Position numbers and translations under genes: made by a program. A DNA stretch of 64,000 nt from Marsupella aquatica (Eukaryota; Plantae; Marchantiophyta). The stretch covers positions 1,491,223 to 1,555,222 of the forward strand of contig OZ316892.1 of assembly GCA_973895155.1 (NCBI GenBank), given 5' to 3'. The notes beneath the pieces were generated by a model. The model did no database searches, was not told where the DNA came from, and saw nothing but the letters and a program-made list of their open reading frames with translations. Positions 55,701 through 64,000 of this stretch are shown piece by piece (positions within the stretch are counted from its first letter, which is position 1; the number at the start of each line of letters is the position of its first letter).

Positions 55701-58700
55701 TCCACCATGATGCGATCCAGGGCTTCTTGCACAACATGCTCCGATTCTGTGTCCAACGCACTGGTGGCCTCATCAAGAAGCAGAATCCTGGGATTTCTTA
55801 CTATGGCGCGAGCAATGGCTATACGCTGCCTTTGACCCCCCGAGAGCTGGACACCTCTCTCTCCCACCTGTATTACAAGATGCCATCAACAAAGAGTTCT
55901 CAAAGATCATTTTCATTGAAAAGTCTTATCCCAATTCGGGATGTACGGTTCTCCCCAAACTTTCACGCCTAGAATGAGACTCATGCAAAGTCTATATATT
56001 AACAAAAACTTAACACCACAGACGAGATAGTGAAAGCTGTCCTCCGAATCTCGATCAGGGCCGGAGAAAGATAGCATTCTGTTCGCTATCTGGAACGTGG
56101 GACTTACTTCAGAGCAGTGCCACTATATACCGTGGTCAGCACTGAATAGCGCATGGTGCAGTGGTAAAGTTGAGGATTCAATCTGAGGTCAATTTCCTCA
56201 ATGCCTTTAATTCCACACTGGTGTCCACGGGCCCCTACTTTGCATTTATTTGGGAGCTAAGCTCGATAATGTTCTTTAGAAGAACTTACCAGTACATCAT
56301 CCAAATCTTCCCGCTAAAAAGAAATATAGCTCCCCAACCAGTAGGCAACCAGAAAAGTCTTGGGCATCCAAAGTACAGCAACTTTAGCGGATGAGATAGT
56401 CCGATTGACAAAGCAACACAATCATACCTGAGTTTCATATCCTTGAGGAAGCTGACTAATGAAAGAGTGGGCATTCGCCACCTTGGCAGCTGCTTCAATC
56501 TCCTGTTGATTTGCATTAGCGCTTCCATAAACAATGTTTCCAGCTATGGTTGCTGCAAATAGTGCTGGCTCTTGACTGACCAGGCCGATCTGTTGTCGCA
56601 ACCACTTCAAGTTTAAATTCTTCAGGTCGAGACCATCCAGTAGGACCTCCCCTAGAGTTTGTTGAAGGCAAGATCATTAGTCCATTGTCACACGACAAAT
56701 CGTGGAAAGCAATCATGCGACATCCAACCATGCTTACTCCAGTCAATCATCTTAACTGTGAAAGAGAAGAAAAGCACAGGAGAAGTTGTATTGTCAAGTA
56801 CCTGCAGTGGGATCGTAGAAGCGTTCGATGAGTGAAACGACTGTACTCTTCCCGGATCCACTGCTTCCAACAACGGCAACAGTCTGTCCAGGAGGAATAG
56901 TGAGGGAAAAGTCCCGGAGTATAGGAACATCGGGTCTTGAAGGATAATAAAAGTCCACCTTCCAGAGCTCTAGTCTACCTTCTACCGTTGCGGGCATTAA
57001 GGCACTTTCATCTGGCTTATTGATCGAAGGCTTGTTCCGGATTACTTGGAGTATCTTGAAGGCAGATGCCTGTCCTTTAGTAAATGTTGGAATGCTTGAC
57101 AGCGCTTGTCCTAGTGACCTGCATCCAACACGACGTAATTCCGTTTCAGTGCCAGTTCTGGACTACAATGATTCACCTCTGCCTACCGTACCCGCTCACA
57201 GACACCCGAACAATACCCTTTTGTCTTTTGACACAGTTCATATCTCTCACGAATCAGATCTTCCTAGTCTATGCGGTACATAATTATCATACTGTACCTT
57301 CATTAACATCGATCCAGCTACAGTGAAGCCATTTATGTTCTTCCTCAGGGTCAATAAAAAGTTAAAGTTCCATCACCAACTGACTTACATGCTGCCGACG
57401 ACGACAATGAAAATGGTAGAGAGTGCACCGCCGCCACTGACGTAACCGTGGCGTACGAGTATCCCCCCGTAAGTGAAGAGAAGGCCATAAGAACAGAAAA
57501 TAATACAGAGGGTAACGCCCTTCCCGACACCCGTCACAAGGCCAGTGAAAATCCGTAGCCTCAGTGCATTCTGTAATGATTCGGAATAAGATTTGAGAAA
57601 ATTCTCCTCAGCAACAAACGAATAGACCGTCCGAATTTGAGAAATCGTCTGCACGGACAGAGCACCAAATTGTGAGCTTTGACGAATTGAAAAAAACCAT
57701 TTATCATCGTAAACCGGTGTGTAATGTGCCTCCAGGCCCGTACGGGCCAAAACGAACACTTGTAATAAGTACTCTCAATTTGGTGCTCGACGTCCGGCTA
57801 GGAGCGTCGGCAAACCTCTTAGAGCCTCGAACATAACAGAGAAATGATAGGAAATGAAATGATAGGAATCATTGGTTTGGCACATTTGTCTTCAACAGAA
57901 TACATTCAACATAATTTCATTCTTATTATTGAACAGTCGTTTACCTGATGCGCGATGACTTCTGCTCCTGAGGAGGCCGATGAAGTTTCTACAGAGAACC
58001 GAGCGAGATAATAGGTGTAGAGTGCCCCTGATAATGCGATGCACGGTATAACAGCTATGGTCACAACGGCAAGGCGCCATTGCATGTTGAAAGATATGAT
58101 GAAACTACCAATAAACGTCGCGAGGTGGTGTAAGAAGTGACCAGTCTGCACGCACATAGAATGAAAAGTCACTCATAAGTTTATGTGTGTCCTAGACTGT
58201 ACTGTAGCGAATTAAACTTAACCGCTGCACAATAATAGAATGGCACCAAGGCCTCGAGAATATCATTACGTCGGCGATCCCTACCTTTTCACCAATGGCA
58301 TCCTGCACTGCGAGGGTGTCAGTGGCAATGCTGTTCACGATGTCTCCTGTGTTGGTGCCAGTATCAAAATATGAAACGTCTTGCCGAAGCAACGCTTCAA
58401 GGTACTTTGCCCGCAATTTTGCTGCCTGCCTGTGTCCGGTATGCATCCAAAATGCAATCTCTAATGGCACGCATTAACAACGATAAGAGAACATTAGAAG
58501 TGTAGGAAATGTGAGCTTCAAAGTTACAAAACAACTCTATGATTAATCATTACCAAACCAGATGACAGCGGAAACGCTAGCAACACAACAAGCGCAAGAA
58601 TTATCTTAATAAGCTAGGTAGCTCAGGCAAATGGAGAACGAGTAGCCTGTCAAAAGATTACTATACCGAGCCACGATGAGCCAAATGCTAAGATGCTCAT

Positions 58701-59635
58701 CCACACATATAATAGCGCGTACTGCACAGCAACGTGAACATAAAGTAGAATCGTTAGCACATGAGCTGTTGAGGATCACGGTAACGAAATATAAGGAGTA
58801 TTGTTATTTGGGCAATCGAGGGGGAGTGCCCAGCTAGCTGCCCAGAAGTATGCCGCCTGCAGCTCAAATCCTGCTTGGTATCGGGCTTGGTATCGAACGG
58901 ACACTCAGGCTCACTGAGATACTATACGTCAGCAAACTAGCCCCGAAACTAGCTAGGTTGTTCAGGGCCACATAGCTAGCAGTCTTTGAAATTTCTATCT
59001 CCAGGGTTTTTAACCGCAGCACAGCATGAGCTGATTATGGGACTTAAATTGACAGTTTTTGTTGGAATGCGAATAGGCAATTAATTAAGTACCACAAGTG
59101 ACCCTAGTTTCGTAGTTCGTCCATAGTTTACAGACTTTCTAATTAGATGGCATGGACGAGCAACGCCTAAAATTTTGAACAGCTGGCAACTCAACAGAAT
59201 TCCTATATGCACGGTACACAAAAGTGTCATCAGGTGCCGCAGCAACATTTGCACGGAAAAGACTTGGACCTTAGTTTGAGCCAGTCCGATTTTTCCCTCT
59301 AGATCGTCCGAAAGGGATTCAAAATCACGCTGCGCGCGAGAGTTTACCTTATTCACTGTTTGCTCAGATAGACTTCCAATTCCATTTATAAGTTCTCCAA
59401 AGAAGATGAGTGTCACAGGCATAGCTAGGCCGTGACCAGCAGCACCGATGGCTCCAATCAACATTAGTACATAATCGACTCCGTCGGCAAAGGAGTACAG
59501 CTGTAGGATGGAAACCGTGGTTTCCTTCGGCGTAGCTGCTTTCTTAGACTTGTCCGAGTCTTTACAGACAATTTCATCCTTTGGCTCCGGGTCATCAATC
59601 TTTGGCCCAGACGCTTTCTTGTCAATGACAGCCAT
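52743..59635 (-). CDS. ABCB: Full-size ABC transporter, subfamily B (MDR/P-glycoprotein)
   Basis: TMD1-NBD1-TMD2-NBD2 with Walker A GSSGSGKS twice, LSGGQ signature twice and [10 protein letters not shown] twice. Exons approximately 59635-59348, 58721-58667, 58460-58285, 58146-57945, 57648-57389, 57118-56802, 56652-56428, 55867-~55495, ~55131-54699, ~54451-54209, 53960-52743. Confidence 0.96.
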
Positions 59636-62600
59636 CGTGGACGACCCCGTCTCGTAGCCCAACAGCACTCGATCAATTGATCGCCAGAGAGCTCTCTGGA
59701 ATACTCAAGCAAAGACACAGGAAGAAGGGAGACACAAATTTGACGGATGAGAGGAAAGAGTGTAACGTAGTCCACTTCAATAACTTGCCACGATTCCGGA
59801 TTTTTCCATAATTGCTGTACGTGAATGATCAGTAGCTGGACACTTGCTCTGATTTAGACATGCCGCAAAAGCTGCTTCGTCGTGTGAACGACCCGAACGA
59901 TCAACTGTAAAGAAGACGCGACAAGGATTGACATTTGAAACCGCAGCTGCTGCAGTTGCAGTAGAAGTTTGCCTAAAGTCTATGCCTGACTGCATTCAGA
60001 GGAATGAAGCCTGTTCTCCATCCTCAATCGCCTTCAAAACAAGAGCTGAGATACCGATCAAGAACACCACGCAAAGACACGAGCTAACGTCCACCTGCTG
60101 GATCCCTTGCAATGCCCGTGAAAGCTGGATTCCTTGCAATTATCCCCATGACACTTGCTATAGGGAGCTCTAAATATCAATCTCATAAACACTCTAGTTA
60201 ATTCTGCATCTCTATCTCTCACATTGAACGCACATGAAATCTTGAATTGCAGTCGTTTGTGAAGTGACATGCTGAGAGTATGCATTATTTTAATTCATGA
60301 TTTTCATGCAACAGGTTGATACTTGAGGCATCCGACTGGTTGTACTGGGGGGCCTCTGGATAGTAACTACTATTATATTGCAGGACAGAAACCTTACAGC
60401 CATTTTCTTGCGAGAATTATGGTCGGTGGGACCTCCAGCAGAATCGATTCACTTTGTGGGAATCCCCTCTCTCTGGGCGGGACTTCCTCGAGTCACCGCC
60501 GTCGGACTGTTGGGAGAGGACAGAGTTTGTAACAATGTCTGTTGCGTTTAACTCAAGGCGACTCTGCCGCATCCCCGTTCCATCCTCGGCTTCCTCCTCC
60601 TTCCATGATCTTCCTTCCAATTTCGTCCTTCCAATTTCGTGCTGCTTCGATCTTCTCCTTCGTACTCTCTTGTCTTGCTTTGCTTGTCTTGATTTGAAAT
60701 TCTCCGAGGCAAAATAGAGTGTCTACTACTCCTTCGTGCTCTCTTGTCTTTTAAAAAAAAAAATTCTCCAAGCCAAAATCGAGTGTCTACAATTCTCTTT
60801 CGCTGCTTGTGAGAATTCCGTAAACTTAGCCCATCTTGGGCGACACTTTCGTCTCAAATCCATAATAGGCCCTGACGCTGATAATGCCGCCCGGTGGCGA
60901 TTCTATAGAGGAAATTCGCGGTGCTTTTGTGACAGCCGTCATTGCCTTCACGTTTTAATATAATTTCTTCTAATCACAGGCTACAATGCTCCAAATTAGT
61001 GTATCCCGAAGACGTCAGCAGCTATGCACAAAAAGACAAAGCAGAGGAGCCCAATAGTATATATTAGAACTGCCAAAGACAAGGCGCTCAGGGAGACACA
61101 ATCCCACAGGCAAACCACCCGATGAAAAGGAGGGAACAAAAGAGCCAAAGGCACACCAAAGAGTTATGGGGTTACTAGCCTCTAACCTGCCAGAAAGTGA
61201 GGAAATGTTGACCTGCTCCAGCAGGGAAACCTTTTTGAGCTTTGCTGGAAGATGGAACAGTTTTCATACTAGAACCCCAGTTCAAATAATCTTTATCTTT
61301 ATCATACATAGTACTTGTCCAAAAAAAATTACCAGACAAGATTTCTCGGACACAGAATTATAGAATTGATAGCACCTTAGTAAAACAATATTACAAATGC
61401 AACTTTTCTTCCTGACAGGCAGACACTGCCCAAGTGAACCCAAAGGTCACCAACTAGGAGCCTAGGACCGAGAATGGACAGGGTCAACTTCCTATAAAAA
61501 TAGACATGTTATGAGTCCTCTATGAGATCCTATAGATGCCTAGGGTGAATGGGCTGATCACCCCAGATCAAGGCATTTTACACTTAGGTGACCCATGATG
61601 ACAGGAATGATTGTTATCGCTGTCACTAACACAATAGTTGCCTGTGACCAAGAGGGTAGCCAAGGGGGTAGGTCACAATGGCTGAACAAACTTACACTGT
61701 TACTACATGGTTGTATTACTCTGCAATTGGAAACCATTCTTCAATTATTCTCAAAAAATTGAGAGTTGCCTGGAATTGAGTTAAATAGAATAATGCGGCA
61801 TGAACTAAGAATCCCGTTGTCTCCAAGGACTAACTATTTCCTTACTTCATATAGCATTATAGCATGTTCATCCTACTACATGCCTATTTTGACTTATCTG
61901 AAAGAATTGAAATGAGGAGACATTTTACTTTTAACCCTAGTTTATGAAAAATAAGTATTGAAAAAATGATTATAAAAAAGTTAATGAAAAAATTGCACAC
62001 CTTTTCAAAAGTGAGAAAAGTACAATATTACATGTGCATTAATTGAAAGATATTACAGTAGTGAGTAGTTAATGTACCTGTAAAAGTACAACACTTTATG
62101 ATTCAAAGAGAAGAGCGTGAACTACTTAACTTTGTTTTTTAAATTTTTTTGCTCTATGTGGGGCTCTTTATTTCGGTGACACCTGTTCATCAATAAACCA
62201 TGAACAATGTAAATTCTATGACCAATGATATATAAGATGCGCTCATCAGTGAATAGTGTACTAGTTGTTTGGTTGAAGGGCCTAACCTATGCCCCTCAAA
62301 ATGTTTAGGGAACCTAATAAAAACTATGCCCCTTAAAATGTTCAGAAAATTTGTAAGGGACCTAATAAAAACTAAGGAAATTAAAAAAGTTAAGGGGGTG
62401 GCCAAAAATGACTAAATTTTAAATAATACATGGGTAAAACATGGATTAGGCCAAATTAACATAAAAATACACTTCAATCAAAGTGAATGAGACAAGATAA
62501 CCAAAGAGTATTCCACCATATAGTATAGCAGCCTAGAAAAAATCTGTCATCAGACGTTCCAACAATTGAGGCTTTGGGGCCACATAGGTTGAGTGACCCT

Positions 62601-63201
62601 AGGGTGAAATAACGCCTGTGCAAAAGCTAGAGTTTGCCCTCACTTTAATATCTTTCTTGTCTTTTAATTGGATAAGGTGTCCAAGACCATTTGGCAAATT
62701 AACACGTTAATGATTATTTTCACAATCATAAGAATTAGCAGGTGAGGAGTGAATTGCACGATAGAGGGGGGGGGGGGTAAAAAGGATCTCTACAATCAGG
62801 ACTTTAGTTCTTATTAATTTACAAAGTATTCTAAAAGAGTCACACTCAATGACTAAAATTGTATGGTCTTTGGCAACTTTCTGGAAATTTTCTTGGAAGG
62901 GTGCCTAACACTTTTGGAAGTGTGTCCAACCTTTTTGAAAGTCAATCTCTTGGAAGTGTACAAAACACTTTTGAAAGTGTCTCAAGCCTAAAAGTGTGTT
63001 TAACTTAATTTATATTTTCAATGTGTCTCTATCTTTTTTGAACTATTTTTGAAAATGTGTCAAACCTTTTTGGAAGTGTGTGTTCGAACACTTAATCTTA
63101 TTGATATTTTGAGTGTTCTTACTCTCCTTTATGAGCTAGTCCTTTCAGTATACTTTTGGGCAATCCACCAAGGATGCCCTCTGTCATGGATTACCCTTTT
63201 G

Positions 63202-63545
63202 TGTTAGATATTGCTCTAGTCTTGTGACTCATGAGCTAGCCACAGTTAGTCTAACTCGGGTTAGGACTTAGCTAATGTTAGCGGTAGTGCTATTGTGCAT
63301 ATAGCCAGGGCTGATGCCAGACCTTGGTGGAACTTAGGCTCATTGTTACGGAGCTAGTTGAGAGATAGAGAGAGCTTGTGCTGTGGATGTTTGGTATGGC
63401 CGGTCGGCCTAGAGTGCAGTAAAGCTCTTGTGTGTTCCCGTGGACGTAGTCTCATGTGGAGGTGAACCACGTATCTCTCTCTGTCAACTATTGTGCGTTG
63501 GATGGTTCATGGGCTTGCCGTTGCGAATGTCGTCTATGCTCAACA
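63202..63545 (+). mobile_element. Solo LTR (344 bp)
   Basis: TGTTAG...CTCAACA termini; perfect TSD TTTTG (63197-63201 and 63546-63550); close copy of 17241-17582. Confidence 0.93.
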
Positions 63546-64000
63546 TTTTGAAGGTAATGTATGCAAGATGACTATCCAGAATCTAATACCTGGTTGCAAG
63601 ATTTTGGCTACCCTGGAACAATACACATAAGTTGTACTCAATTAATACTACTAACTATAAGCCTCTGCATTTCAAACTGTTGGCAAGAACCCAGGTTCCC
63701 CTGTGATTTCTACCCTCAAAAGGGTTATTGAGTTTTTTTTTTTTACAAAATCTGGAATTTGAAATCTTAATGTGAACCAATCCGTAACGTAAGGCACAAC
63801 TTGAATGATGTTGACATGGCCTTTTTCTGTCTTCCCTCATGAACCTTTGTGGTGGGCTTCAGGTTCCCACAAAAACTTTCACTTATGGGAAGGCAAATAA
63901 AGGAGCACATAATTGTTGCGAAGATCTGGGCGCCATCATGTAGAGGCATAAAATCCTTGTGTACTTTGGTAGTATTTGGCAAAGAAGTCCCAAATTTGGG

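Noticed and set aside
63560-64000. Possible decayed coding sequence at the window end
   Set aside because: Multiple stops, no recognisable motif, and truncated by the window edge.

Overview
Eukaryotic nuclear DNA from a land plant, most plausibly a non-seed plant such as a bryophyte with organellar C-to-U RNA editing (inference). The left ~32 kb is nested transposon debris: a truncated Ty3/Gypsy LTR-PBS-gag-protease element, several unknown accessory ORFs, solo LTRs with TSDs, a non-autonomous CACTA element, a Copia RNase H remnant, a tRNA-type SINE and a MITE. It also holds two unexpected gene relics: an intronless ADP-ribosyltransferase-like (DUF3990-type) pseudogene and a SNF2 helicase exon. 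The right half has three intron-containing host genes: a PLS-class PPR-DYW editing factor (+), mitochondrial chaperonin HSP60 (-) with a partial pseudogene copy and an inverted copy of its first intron, and a full-size ABCB/P-glycoprotein transporter (-). The most notable observation is that the PPR-DYW deaminase is spliced in frame to an N-terminal PDF motif, the ssDNA-binding module of plant organellar OSB proteins. The ORF track misses this because an intron splits the motif. All protein family calls come from motif recognition by eye; no database search was run.
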